Below are positions 51,111 to 64,000 of a stretch of DNA of 64,000 nt, piece by piece (positions within the stretch are counted from its first letter, which is position 1; every line of letters begins with the position of its first letter). The translations under genes were made by a program, and so were the position numbers. This DNA comes from Chara braunii. Lineage: Eukaryota; Plantae; Charophyceae. The DNA lies in assembly GCA_003427395.1 (NCBI GenBank), contig BFEA01000004.1, positions 3,950,290 to 4,014,289 on the forward strand, written 5' to 3'. The notes below the pieces were generated by a model, which did not search any database, was not told the DNA's origin, and was given only the letters and a program-made list of their open reading frames with translations.

Positions 51111-51611
51111 ATGGGGCGCTGATCTTTTAATTGTGATCCTACGCCGATTGACTAAGACGAGTTGTCTCACTATACGATACTTCTTTTAGAAAACTTAAGC
51201 TTTTGTGTAATTCACACCCAGTCCCTTTTTTAACTCGGCCCATAACTCTTCGGTTCATGAACAAGTAGGCGTCGTGTATGAGCCTTCAAATAATTAGCAT
51301 GGCGACGTATGCCTCATCATAGCGACTAGTCATGCATATATACATGTGCAGTTTGAATGATGGTGTACTATTTGGTACTCATAATCGTGCGAACCCCTAA
51401 AAAAAAACGGGTTCGCATTTGACACTGCATGTTGAGGGGTCAATCCCTTATTGAGCGCAAAAACAAACCAAACACTCTGCACCCTGTTGTGCCCGAAGTG
51501 GGACAAGGTTAGGCGACGATGAGAGCATAACAGAATTAAATTGGTGGCGAATTGTCTGGCGCACTAAAAATATCACACTTACCCTTCTACCCGGTACTCT
51601 ATCGTTCCACC

Positions 51612-52196
51612 CAGGGTCACCAGCCCGTACGTACGGAGGTCCCCGAACCGACCTCCGTACGTATGGGCTTTCGGGGTCCAAACACGATGGCGTTCGGCCC
51701 CCGCCAAATTTCGGGGCTTAAAAATAAGTTTGTTTTTGAATTTTTTTTGCGACTGCTCTATGATGTGAGGTATATGCCTATAAATTTTGAATTCATTTTG
51801 ATAAGTCAAAAACAAATTCAAGATCGCCAAAGAGGGCGGTGTCAAAACGTGCTCGCCCACTCACTTTTTCATTTTTTTTTTAATTTTTTTTTACTTTTTG
51901 TTTTCACTTTATTGCAGGGCTTTAAAAAAAAAAGTTATTTTTTATTTTATTTTTCATGAATTTTGTCGTACGTGAAGTACATATCTGTAAATTTTCAGGG
52001 CATTTGGTCGTGTCCAAAAACAATGAAAAGTCGACAAAGCTGGCGGTGTTGAAAACATGCTCGCTCACTCACTATTTTTTTTTTTTTTTTTAAGTTTTAT
52101 TTTTTGTATTTTATTTTGTATTTTAAATTCGGTAAGGAATTTGGATGTAATCATCAAGCAAATATTGTTTATTGTATTTTTTTTCATAACATATCN

Positions 52197-52281
<85 letters not shown>

Positions 52282-52381
52282 CTGCGTTTGGTTCGAACGG
52301 TCGAACGCATCCCCAAAGGGTCCCGCACGTTCGGGTGGTCGGGTTCGGGAGTTCGGCCTGTCTCGAAGGCTGGTTACCCTG
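51612..52381 (+). mobile_element. Intact-ended non-autonomous hAT element (~770 bp)
   Basis: TIR cagggtcaccagcc / ggctggttaccctg (13 of 14) and perfect 8-bp TSD GTTCCACC (51604-11, 52382-89). Confidence 0.92.
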
Positions 52382-52831
52382 GTTCCACCAAAATAATTTA
52401 AAAAACATATTGAAGGAAATTTTATTTTTCTCTCGACTGAACTCACTCAATCCTCGCACATGGTCAATCATGTTACGAGAGTATAAATAATATAACAATT
52501 TTGGGTCATTGGACATGAGACGATCACTCTCACAATCACAGTATGACTCCCTTCCAATTTGCAAGCGTCCGCCCAAAAAGTTAAATCCCGAATTCGAATT
52601 TCATTTTATACTTGTTGTAACACAAAAGTTCAACACCGGCAAACCATACACAAAAGGGCTTCGACTTTTATCGCTCTATGCACTCACACCCCTTGACTTA
52701 TTCGCACAAGCCTCACCCTTTGTCCAACCTTCCCATAAAAGAAAACACTTGATTCTTTTTAAATAATCATTTAAATAAAATCCGCATTAAAACTCAATAA
52801 AACAAATAAACCCACATGGGCTACGACCTTA

Positions 52832-54595
52832 TGTTAGTCGAGAGAGCGGCTTAAAGTTGGGTCGTAAACGGACCTGCCATTGAATGATAACAAATTTAGT
52901 TGATCCTTGTAGGATTCGAATGAAATTAATCAAGCCTTGAATCGAATCGAAAGAGAGGGACATGCAATACAACACAAACCAATACCCAAACTACACTTAA
53001 GTGTATGTAGGATAAACCCTATACCACAACGTATCCCTACTTTCTTTAAGCTAATTTAAACCCATCTTTGACCATCACAAAAAAATAGTGGAAGTGGATT
53101 GTCAAAATTTTGATTAAAAAAAATAATATAACTCCTCAAATGTAAGAAACTTTTGTGTGCGTTTCCCTTAGAGAAAGTGGTTTCCCATACAACGAAGGAA
53201 AACACTCTTACTAAATTTCTTAAGTTGTTTTCACAAAGAAATTTTTTGACCCTTTGGATGATTAAACCTTATTCTTACCTTATACATGACATAAAGTTGG
53301 ATCATTTATCTTAGAAATAATGTTTGACTTTGCCTAGGTTGCACAACTAGGTCTCTGTTCCTTGGGCATACGACGAAATCATTCATCTTAGAAACAATGT
53401 CTAGTCAATCTTAAACTGTTTAATAAATAGTTTTTTAATATTTTTCTGTACTTCGTCTTTATTGTGGATATAATACGAAGTCATTCATCTTATAAACTAT
53501 GCTCAGTCTGAGAAGTTACCTACAGTTATATTCTTAATTAATACTCTTCTTTGTATGAAGGCTATAGTTAGATCATTTATCTTAAAGATAACATCTAACA
53601 AACCATGTTTATACATATATATATATATAATATAGACAGTCCGAAAAAATTTACTACCCGTTTATATAAGGTGAATGACTTTAGCCTTAGTTCATCTTAG
53701 AGGCACTACTTAGTTTTTTTTGTCTAAAACTTACTACTTAGTTTTTTTTTGTTAGAACCTTACTCATAAAAAACATACAAATCTTGAGTAATTCATTTTA
53801 GAAACAATGCTCAACTTTTTTTTCAATACATACAAAAACTATGGGTCATTCATCTTATAAACAATGCACAAAGTCTGTTAAGAAACCAATCATAATAAAA
53901 CATGTGGTCAGACCAATCATCGTAATAACATTGCATGACTTATAAAAATCATTTAGGCAAACTTCAAAGAAAAAACAATCAATCCATTCATCTTAGAAAT
54001 AATATCAGGTTGTGAAGGAAGAAAAAAAAAAGTCAAAAAATATATATCAATCATGTCATTTATTTTATAAACAATGCATTGTACTTTTATAAAACAGAAA
54101 TAAACGAAGTCTGACCTTGTTTATGAACTAGTTAGTCTCAAGCAAAACCACGTTCCTCCCACATTCCTTCAATTCGTTTCCTTTTTGTTTGACTTCAGAT
54201 GGGTAAATTTAAAATTCACATACTATTTCTTTAACTTTAGTATGATTAAGTTTTGAATGAAAGCAAAAATAGGGACTCGGATATACCACTCAATCAAACT
54301 AGAAAGACATAAAATTTATAGGAATAAAGGGCGCACAAATTCGGGTTACCTCTTGTTGGCCGCCTTCCTCTCATAACCTTGAGATTAGATTTAGAGTAAG
54401 AAGGGAAGAGAGAAAAATTGTTTAGTCACTCAAGTCACAAGGAAGATGCCTCAGACTCACATAAGAAGGCGTTGGTGTCTTTATACGTCTGAGGGCTCCA
54501 CAATGGTGGTCAAACTCTAAATAATCATCAACGTTAACCACCCGAAATACCGCCACAATCTCAAATTATAAAGTAGTATCAACAATACCCCCGCA
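52832..54595 (-). mobile_element. Putative Copia-type LTR (~1.75 kb) with adjacent PPT
   Basis: Minus strand TGCGGGGGTAT|TGTTGA (LTR start 54584) ... CTAACA (52832); TATAAAG ~100 nt inside. Confidence 0.55.
53302..54076. repeat. Spaced array of ~10 copies of 21-bp TCATTCATCTTAGAAACAATG
   Basis: Copies start at 53302, 53379, 53481, 53573, 53688, 53789, 53846, 53913 (weak), 53984, 54056, with dissimilar spacers. Confidence 0.85.
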
Positions 54596-56934
54596 ATATA
54601 CACCAACAGAACCATAAAAGTGTAGTAACCAAACAACATCAGAGGAAGATACATCAACCATGCTGCATGAGTTTCATAATGGTCTCAACAACCTCAGTTA
54701 CAGTCTCAACTTCAGTAGCAACTGCAATCCATGTAACTCACTGCCAACAATAGAAAAATCACATATGATTTTTTATAGCAATTCACAACGCTAGCATTTG
54801 AAGATCATATAATGGTCCCAAGTAGCAGAAGTAGTGGGTTGTAATAGCCCACTAATGACCACAACTTTGCATCTAACAGATTGTGGTCATAACACACGGA
54901 CCAGTTCCACTCTATCTACTGCGAAAAATAGTTTCAATCTATTATGAAGGCAACAACGTTTCAAAATGGTCGTGGTAATATGCTTCCTCAATAACAACCT
55001 TGGTGTGACGAACACAAGAACACCCTCTAAAAGAACAACACCCAACTTGAGTTGAAAAACACAACAACAATATTTGTTGAAATATAGCAACTTGCTTGAG
55101 CCTGAGTAAACAACAGTTACAGGAGTCTTCGAACATTACAACTCACAGATCGCGAAAGAGCACCTAGTCTTTCGATCCTTGTTGTGTCTGCACCTGGAGA
55201 GTTTTCTCATGTAGCGTAGTCGTGCACTAATACCAAGACGAAGACGATAATTGCGAGCAACGATGTGAATGGTGGGACAACTTCAGGTAAGCTTCAATGC
55301 TCTCCTCTTATATCACTCTCTGGCCATAAACGAATAGTACTTTCGTGGACACTACTTTTTTTTATATCGTCGTCAACGTGGTCGGGTTCATTCGAAGTCA
55401 GCGGTAATCGATCGACAGGGAGAAGATCACTAACGGGATGGGCCACAACTTCATGGGAATGGGATAATGAGCAGGATGACAAGGAACGCCTCGATGGTTA
55501 TGACCACAATGCACGCACGAGAACCACCTAGCACACCGTCGAGACGAGAACCAAGATGAGTATGGTGATCACGAACACAATTGCGATCATGATTAAGCCC
55601 GATTTCGACCATGATGACAACTATAACGACCTCAATGATGAGTGAAGGCGTGCGTATATGAGCCTCGCTTCATTACTCTCCAAATGTGCAAAATAAGAAT
55701 GATTTTTTTTCTAAAACATGAAAAAGATACGTATCGAATCTCCTCGTCTACTGAATGCAGGTTCATGGGATTGTCTCTTACCATTTTTCCTTGACTTACA
55801 AAATGTTGTCTCATCATTTCCTTCGTCCACGTCATCACGCATTTCCTTCCTCTTCGTTCGATGCACCCAACCACTAGCGTTGTCTCGATATTTGTTCTGT
55901 AAACAAACAAAGCGCACAACAGTGTATGAGTGGCTAGTTGTCACGTCAGGTAAGTGCCTTCACCCTCTTCCCCTCAATCTTCTTTCCTCTTCTATCCGAC
56001 TTGAACACAATGGCAGCTAGGACAAGTGGCACAACCTTGCTAATGAACACGATGGTCAGCACGATGTCCAAGACGATCCTATAACAGTTCGGGCGACAAG
56101 CATTATGATGGAGATGAGCACAACGTTGACACGAGAAACAATGCCAACATAGTGAATGAGGTGCATTCTAGAATCGTGTTGAAGATCGGGTCGAGGACGA
56201 CGATCAAGATAGCCACGACTACCGCCAATACTACTGCTACGAACGCAAAGCCAAGATCCCGATAGCGATCAGGATATCAAAGAAGACCAACTCGATGAGG
56301 AAACACCGCTGTCAGTGTGACCATGGAGATGAAACTCGACATCAGAATAAGGATCAATACGTGCAACACTGAGAATACGACGAATATGAAGAATAACACG
56401 ACAATGAGGACCTCAAGTATGACCTATAACTCGTTGCCATAGGCCTCGCCCCTCCTTGTATTCCTCTCTTTCTTCTTCATTTTCGAAAGACTAATGCACC
56501 TTCTTATCAATGCACATGCGACTCAACGAAGCCTCATTCACAAAAAAAGAAAAACTCGTAAACTTCGAGTTGTCCGACCATTAACCTCTAGTAGTTAGCT
56601 CGAACAAATCTTCAGGGCACCAACTTTACCTTTCCTTTTTGAACCTACCCTCTATAAGCGGTCATGTTCAACATGTCATCCTTGCACAAGGACCATACTA
56701 ATCTACGCAGTGTCATTTTAATTTCAACGGATGTCCCAAAGGACCAAAGCAGGGCAGCGACGCGGAGACATGATCAACGAACTGACTGGTTCCAGGTAAT
56801 TCTGAATCATTTATCCTCTTCATCTGAAGGTATCGGATTAAAAAATTAGTCTGTGTTTTAACATTTGATGGTGTTACAAACTGAACTATGTTCGCTGATC
56901 TCAACTGGTGTCGTGAAACCGTTACAGTTCCGAC

Positions 56935-57052
56935 CCTAGGTTACTCAGAATAATGTTATCCTGGACATCTGAATATAGCGGGATTCAAAGTTTGAGTCTG
57001 TATTTTAGTGGTTCATAGGTATACCAATTGCGTTACGTTGATTGGTGGCACT
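56935..57052 (-). mobile_element. Diverged tRNA-SINE copy
   Basis: Reverse complement cagtgccacc...caattggtatacctatgaac...aatacagactc...gaatcc. Confidence 0.55.
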
Positions 57053-57228
57053 GCCGACCTCGGGATTTTAAAATAATAATCAAGTAATAATCACAATAAT
57101 AATAATAATTGGAAGGGTAAAGGGAGAAAGGCCACTGACACCTCCTCGGTAATGCCAATCAGGCCCACGACCGGGATCAGTAGCAAAACCAAAAGGGATA
57201 ATCCGGCAAAACCCTCAACCCCTCAATT

Positions 57229-57690
57229 CACAAGCGGTTATCGGGTACCTGAAAATTTAGGAATGAAAATTCTGAAGTGAGAGTTTTTGGCAGTCTGAAA
57301 ATCCTGAATGGTCCTAAAGTGGTGAAAGGTTCGAAGACCCTCAAAACCACCTGTTTAGGCATGCTGCATCCTGTATTGGTGAAGGGTGTCCTAAAGTGGT
57401 CAAGTGAGAGTTTTTGGCAGTCTGAAAATCCTGAATGGTCCTGAAGTGGTGAAAGGTTCGAAGACCATGAAAACCACCCTTTACCATTTGAGGATGCAGC
57501 CTGCCTAAACAGGTGGTTTTCAGGGTCTTCGGAACTTTCACCACTGCAGGACCATTCGGACCATTCGGGATTTTCAGATCTGAATGGTCCTGAAGTGGTG
57601 AAAGGTCCGAAGACTCTGGAAACCACCTGTTTAGGCAGGCTGCATCCTAAAGTGGTGGGGTGTTCTGAAGTGGTGGTGAAAAATACGACT
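57229..57690 (+). mobile_element. CACTA-type left terminus with modular subterminal repeats
   Basis: Begins cacaagcggttatcggg; inverted near-copy at 61080-61425. Confidence 0.7.
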
Positions 57691-57826
57691 ATTGTTAACC
57701 TTCTCTTCCTCAATTTCCTTCAAACCACTCGCTTCTTCATTACTAGTTGAAGGTCTTGATCCTCGTATCTACAACATGAAAGTCTATTGTCGTAACTAAT
57801 AGGGTTAGGCCAAAGTTTGAGCTTAA

Positions 57827-57992
57827 GCCACCAGTACCTTTGCCGTCCGGTTTCGACAAGTCCTGACCAGTACCCGAACTTTCAGGAGGCCGAGCCCGAC
57901 GTTGATCAATCTGATCGGTGGCCGTCATTTCGTTTCGGCCTCCTGAAAGGTCAGAGGCCGAGTATTTTCAAACCGACAAAGCTACTGGTGGT
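57827..57992. mobile_element. TTAA-flanked fold-back MITE (ACCACC-terminus family), 166 bp
   Basis: TTAA|gccaccagtacctttg ... caaagctactggtggt|TTAA; internal perfect 15-bp IR ctttcaggaggccga/tcggcctcctgaaag. Confidence 0.8.
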
Positions 57993-60589
57993 TTAATAAT
58001 CACAAAAGACATTATAAACGATATCCGCCCTGCATCCAGACTTGTCACAAATATACCAAAGCCACACATTGCCCTATCGGTCGATCCTACGACCACCAAG
58101 TTCTTGCACCTACCACGCGGAGCACCGGGTTTCGTTCATGGTCGTCACACACACCACCTATTAAGAGTAAGTTATGTTGTCGTTGCTCTAGGCCCATGCA
58201 AGTGGCCAACTTTCGACTAGTACGTTTACTATTTCGACGAAACTTTATTTGCGAACGCTTTGCTGAGACCGTAAAAGAGCCCTTCGTCCAGGTTAGGAAC
58301 GCAGTACCCTAGACTTTTTCTGAACTCTGGACTATGCGGGCTAGAATACCACCTCAAGCAACCCAAAAGTAGTCTGCTCGACGCACAGATAATCAATCTT
58401 AATGTTGGTCACGACGATGTCGACCTCTACACACACGCACCACGTGCACGTGGTCCTTGTAATCAAAACATTATATTATTCTACTTCGCATGATAAAATT
58501 ACCAACCCTGCCGCCTGATCACAGAACCATCAAACGTGAAGGTAATCAATATGCGCCCCAAAGTGCACGCCTATGCACTTTATATTACGCTCATACCATT
58601 AACTACATTGTCTGCCACCGAAAAACAGACCGCACTCATTCAAAGCTTCCAATCTTCAATTTAAATTTCATTTTTGTCACTTATATGAAAAACAAGGGTA
58701 AGGGTATTTGCGCCGACATTGTGATCATCTTTGCGGCCCTGGCCCGATGCCTTTACGCTCATAGGTTCAAATGAACCTGGTCGTGCAAACGAACGAGTGC
58801 ATTTCCGTACCAGAGATTGCAGAGGAAAGAGAGAAAGGGATATACTTACCTGGTGGCAGCACGAGGGAGAAGTGTTGAAAGTGGCGATGCATCTTCCTTG
58901 GTTCGAGCGGAAGATCAATTCTCTGTTCTTCAGGTAGTGGGTTCAACAACAAACGATTTCAACTGCGTACATCTTACCTAGTTATAGGGGAAGATTCATT
59001 CTCATTTTGCACATTTGGTGGATGTTGACCACACTACTGAGCATGCTCATCACCGATTTGCTGGTGCAGATTGCGTTATTATTCGTGGGTTCGAGTGACG
59101 AGCTGCTACTGATTGTGTTGGTGATCACATAATGGAGAAGGAAAAAGAGGTTACCATCGAAAAAGATAAATTGTGCAGGCACACGGCACAACAACATCGC
59201 ATGAACGAAGGGTGTGACGCGCACGCTTCATAACGAAATTGGAACGACTGAGATTAGGATTGGAGGTCGACAGCCCCGCGAGTTGGAGTCTACTTATGCT
59301 TAAAACAACGAGTTGGTGTTAGTAGAGAATTGAGAAAGAATGGGGTTGGGAGGAGAACGAGGCAGCGGGGTAGTACTAGGTATACCTACTTGGCGCAGGG
59401 AGATGTATCTTCCCATGTTCTAGTGAAAGATTGATTCTCAATTATGAAGGAGGGTAGTCGGGATCGTGGTGGTTATTCCCCTAGCTTTGACGCTCTGCAT
59501 CTGAAGCCCAATACCAGTCTTCACCATCGACATGGTTGTCACTTTCATCTTGATGATGTTGATTGGGGTCATTATCAAGGTATGTTGGTTGTATTGCTCA
59601 TCTTGGTCGTGGTTATCGCCATAGCTGAATATCTTCATCACGGTGACCATGCTAATCATTGTTAAAGTTCCGCGGGTAATCGAGTTGCTGCTTCGACCAT
59701 TGTCTCCACTCCGATCCGTGATTGGTCAGGGTTGCGATTATCCTCATCGGGATCGTGGTGATCTTCTTCCTTGTATGCAAGCGTTAATAAATGTGTAAGA
59801 GAAAAAAAAAAAAAAAAAAAAAAAAAAACAGAGGGAGAGAGAGAGAGAAAGAGAGATTTAACATGACATGCATCTTCCCACGTTTTAGAGGAAACTCTAA
59901 TCTCTATTTTTACATTCTACCCAAGTTTGAGCGGGAGGTTCATTCTTAAATTGGGGCACAACGGACAATCCATTTCACAGTGTATTTTTCCATGTTCTAA
60001 CGAAAGATTCATTCTTATTTTGCATATTTGTTGTGAAATGGCATGCGACGCAAGATTGAGGGAACGAGGCTCATCGTGTTCACAATGCTTGTCGGAACCG
60101 TCATGACTGTCTTCATGTGGTCGTTACCTCGTAGAAATTGATGTCGCATTTGCTTTCCACGTGACGATTTTGGTTGCATTCTGCGTTGTGGTGGTCAACA
60201 CGTTCGTCAGAATCTCAATACCCAACTTAGTTAATATCCTCTCTCAGGTTGTTATCCCGATCCCAGTATTGCATGTGCTGATACTTGTCGCCACGTTCGT
60301 TTTGGTCGTTATTATCACCGTCCTCGTTTTTGTCCGAGTCGCGTTCATTTGTGCTCGTGGCTATCTTCAGCGTAATCGCCCTTCAATGTTCCTCGCAGTT
60401 ATACATTGAGTTCATGTGGCTCCCCTTCTTATCGCTCACATACCACAATTATATTTATTATTATCCTATGAATATGATTCATCACCTTCGCCTGAAAAAG
60501 TTATGAGTCTGATTAATGCAAACAATACAATTCGTCAGATAAATCGACTTGTGTAATAAAGTCGGTTGGAAAACCAGTGCTTCGATCTG

Positions 60590-60950
60590 TGACCCTCATA
60601 CGGGTCAGTCTTAGGCATTCTACCACGCATATAGTTAATGCTACCGGGATCGAGAGAACGCCCTCATCGGGCATACTTCTGCGATGTCAAGTAAATATGT
60701 TCATATGTGGGTCAGTAGCTCAGCAGGGATATGCCTACCTAAGGGTAGTGGCAACCTATCAGGTAGGGGTAAGTTGTATCTCGCGGAGCCCCGTCTTGTC
60801 GCATGAAGATGCGAGGCGTATATAGCTGGCTCGCACGACCGAAATGGTACCTCCGTTTGATAAAAAAATAAACTTTTGTATGACTTAACTATAAAGGTTC
60901 GACACTTGTGACCACGTGTGGGTCGCACGCTACGACTAGTGGCGCCGTTT
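60590..60950 (+). repeat. Dispersed structured repeat, copy 2
   Basis: Aligns by eye with 39295-39660 over its length. Confidence 0.85.
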
Positions 60951-61079
60951 GCTATAAACTTCGGCTGCCTACCGAGGTCCTTAGAAAACAAACTTGGATA
61001 CAAGTAAGTTAGAAGTCGAGGAAAAACGGCAAAAGTAAATTAGTTATAGTCGAGAGAAAGTTAACAACAATCGTAATTT

Positions 61080-61425
61080 TTATCACCACTTCAGGATGCA
61101 ACCTGCCTAAACAGGTGGTTTTCAGGGTCTCCGGACCTTTCACCACTTGATGACCATTCAGGTTGTATCCTCAAGTGGTGATTTTCATGGTCTTCGGACC
61201 TTTCACCACGTGAGGACCATTCAGGATTTTCAGACTGCCCAAAACTCTCACTTTACCACTTCATGACACCCTTCACCACTTCAGGATGCAGTCTGCCTAA
61301 ACAAGTGGTTTTCATGGTCTTCGGACCTTTTACCATTTCAGGACCATTCAAATTTTCAGACTGCCCAAAACTCTCACTTTAGAATTTTCATTCCTGAATT
61401 TTCAGCTACCCGATAACCGTTTGTG
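61080..61425 (-). mobile_element. CACTA-type terminus, inverted copy of 57229-57690
   Basis: Ends cccgataaccgtttgtg; same repeat modules. Confidence 0.7.
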
Positions 61426-61591
61426 TCATAGCCTAGTATTATAAAACTTAGTAAAAAATAAATGTATTTGCTTACAAAATATTCTTTTAATTAAAAATTT
61501 AATAAAAAAGACATGTATTTGTGAACAAAATATTTTTTTAATTATACTCGTACTTAGGGTAGAAGTGTATATTAGGTTACGTCAGTGTATC

Positions 61592-62440
61592 TTGGTCTTT
61601 ACTATGACAGTTGTTGTTAGAAATTTGTAGATTTTTTTACCATAGACTTTATGGTGACACTATGCGCATTTAGTAAATTTGTTTGCATTTGTGTCACTAC
61701 GCCCACTAATTACTCGAGCAAGGACTGTGGTATTTGTTACATCCACTAAGCTGCCTGAGTTGTTGTAGCGCATACCTTGATACACTCGTATCAAGAGTAA
61801 ATTTAGTTAGGATAAGAACTCTTAGGGACTATTAAAGTTAATCCCTGTCAAGTATATCGATGGACTAAACAAAATCATGTAAGAAAACGAACTCAAATAG
61901 TCAATGGTGTAAACAAAAATGACAATCGGTAACCAGTGTTTATCTGAGACTTTGGATATTACTAAGGCGAAATCAATATTGATTGTATGAGGGGGACTAT
62001 TGGTCGTGGCATTGTCACAGTAAAAGGGGAGTGAATTTAAACATTTTATTAGCAGAGATAACATATGTGTTTTTTTTTTGTTTTTTTTTTTTGCACTCTT
62101 ATTAGAAGTCCGACTTAGAGAGTTTAAAGGCGCATTGGGCCGCATGTGTATGTTGGTCTTTACTATGACAGTTGTTGTTAGAAATTTGTGGATCATGATA
62201 CTATAGAGTTTTTCGTAACGCTATGAGCATATAATGCATTTATTTATATTTGTGTTGTTATGCTCACTAGTTGCTCGAGCAAGGACTGTGGTACTTGTCA
62301 CAACCTCTAAGCTACCAGAGTGGGTGTAGTATACGCCTTGATACACGTGTCTTAGGAGTAAGTTTTAATAAGGTAAGAACCTGCAAGGATTGTTAAAGAT
62401 AAGTCGTTGCATACACCTCCGAAGTCCTCTGAGAATGAAC
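61592..62440. repeat. Diverged direct repeat (~280 bp, period ~560 bp)
   Basis: ttggtctttactatgacagttgttgttagaaatttgt and ctcgagcaaggactgtggta occur at ~61592/62153 and ~61714/62274. Confidence 0.85.
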
Positions 62441-62824
62441 TCGAATACAAGGCTTGTTTGAGGTCTATTTAAAGTGTTGGTAAGCGAAGTCTAATGAAAA
62501 AGAAATGTAGTTCTTATCAAGGCATCCTTGCAATTGTCACTATTTGTCTACCTTTTTTATACTATGTTCAAGTGATAGTTATTTTGTTTTTACCAAAATT
62601 ATGAAAATAACAAATGTAAGTTTATATAGTCTGTATATTTTCGAAAGACTCTCACACGTGCTCTACAACTGTCCTTGATAACATTTTTGTCACTCAGGGT
62701 TTCACCACTGTCCTAAAAGGCATTTAAACCTGTGTCGACTATAACCACTTTTTTCCCTCACTCGAGAGATGATTAACAACATATGTTATTTAAAAGTCAT
62801 TTTTAGTCTTATGAAATAGTTCTT

Positions 62825-63247
62825 GGGTACTTGGATGAGGGAATCTGAAACCTGTTTCAGAAGCTACATCCACTTTAGGTCATTACAACAATTTCAGGTC
62901 CCCACCTGAAATTCCTGAAATGACATGAAGTGGCGGAAAATCTGAAAGTTGTTTCAATTCCATCCATCCAAATGGTTGGATGGAGCTACCTGAAACCCCT
63001 TTCAGAAGTTAGCCTCTTCAGACCATTAGAACAGTTTCAAGTTCTTACTTGAAATTTATGAAATGACATAAAGTGGGGTCATTACAACGTTTTCGTATCC
63101 CCACCTAAGACTCCTGTAAGAACCTTAAGTGAATTAAAATATGAAACCGGTTTTCTTTGCCCCCGTTCAATCATTTAGATGGGGGAACCTGAAACCGCTT
63201 TCAAAAACTTGGACCACTTCAAGTCATTTCAGATGACACACAACAAT

Positions 63248-63288
<41 letters not shown>

Positions 63289-63404
63289 CCTCAAACCACT
63301 CGAAACTCCTGAAATGACGTGACATGTTTTTTGGCCATTTCGGCGGTTTCAACCACTTCAGCATCTTTCATTCTGAAATTTCAAATGGTCGTTAACCACC
63401 AGTG
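62825..63404. mobile_element. CACTA-type right terminus with subterminal array (homologous to 37065-37750)
   Basis: Ends ggtcgttaaccaccagtg (CACTG on the minus strand). Confidence 0.65.
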
Positions 63405-64000
63405 CCCCAAATGCATTTTATCCGTTAGTATCACAATAACTCATAATAACATAGGGTCATTAAAGCAAACCAGGTAACCAATCGTCATATATATTTTGGT
63501 TGATGCATGTAGTCATATATTTTTATTATTGCATCTCGTTAGTTTTGAGATACTGTTTGGACTTGATTTGAAGGTTGACCATGACGCATCCGCTTTAGAT
63601 ACTGTGGCACATCGACTCGTAACAATTTTATAAAGTATGTTTCTCGCATTCCAAAAAAAGAGTCAATGAGCTATAGAAAACAAAAAATTAACTTATTCGC
63701 ACAATGGGTAATCAGACTCTTTTGATTTTCATATCTAATATGATATTTCTGTTCCAGTACTTGCTTGCTCTAGGATAACGCAATTGCTTACATAGTCGAG
63801 TCTGTCATAGTCTCTGTTCTCTCCAAGCGTTTGCCTCTGCTGTTAAATTAGCACATTAAGTTCCTTTTATTATGCCATCTACGACATGCGGATATGGTAC
63901 CGGGAAGGGAAAAGGAGGACAAGAAAGAAAGGTCGTTGAGAAGCGCATTGATTTAACGAACGGAAAAGAAGGGTTAGAAAACGAGAAAGAATAAAAGTGA

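Noticed and set aside
53302-54076. Calling the spaced array a true CRISPR
   Set aside because: Eukaryotic context, no cas genes, degenerate repeats and irregular spacer lengths. Reported as a repeat and a finding instead.
55400-56450. D/H/N-rich protein remnant (also 59440-60400 on the minus strand)
   Set aside because: Frequent stops in all frames; consistent with a decayed trinucleotide-type low-complexity repeat.

Overview
Eukaryotic (streptophyte plant/alga-type) nuclear DNA. The only confidently supported protein-coding gene is the 5' half of a TOPLESS/TPR co-repressor on the minus strand. It has 13 GT-AG-bounded exons from the ATG at 20987 down to 1078 (1643 nt, about 547 aa: LisH-CTLH-CRA, Pro-rich linker, first WD40 repeats) and continues past the left edge. 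Long TE-filled introns, abundant microsatellites and a somewhat divergent TPL suggest a large-genome charophyte such as Chara (inference only). The remaining ~41 kb upstream is repeat-rich with a 698-bp N gap. It holds non-autonomous hAT elements (one with a perfect 8-bp TSD), a PIF/Harbinger MITE family, CACTA-type termini with subterminal arrays, tRNA-derived SINEs, and LTR/LINE remnants. The most notable observations are: a multi-copy family of TTAA-flanked TIR elements with ACCACC termini; a CRISPR-like spaced 21-bp repeat array inside a putative Copia-type LTR; a three-copy structured ~350-bp repeat whose hairpin is kept despite sequence change; a template-switch patchwork at a SINE insertion; and a possible in-frame upstream ATG extending TPL. 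I found no evidence for a novel protein-coding system.
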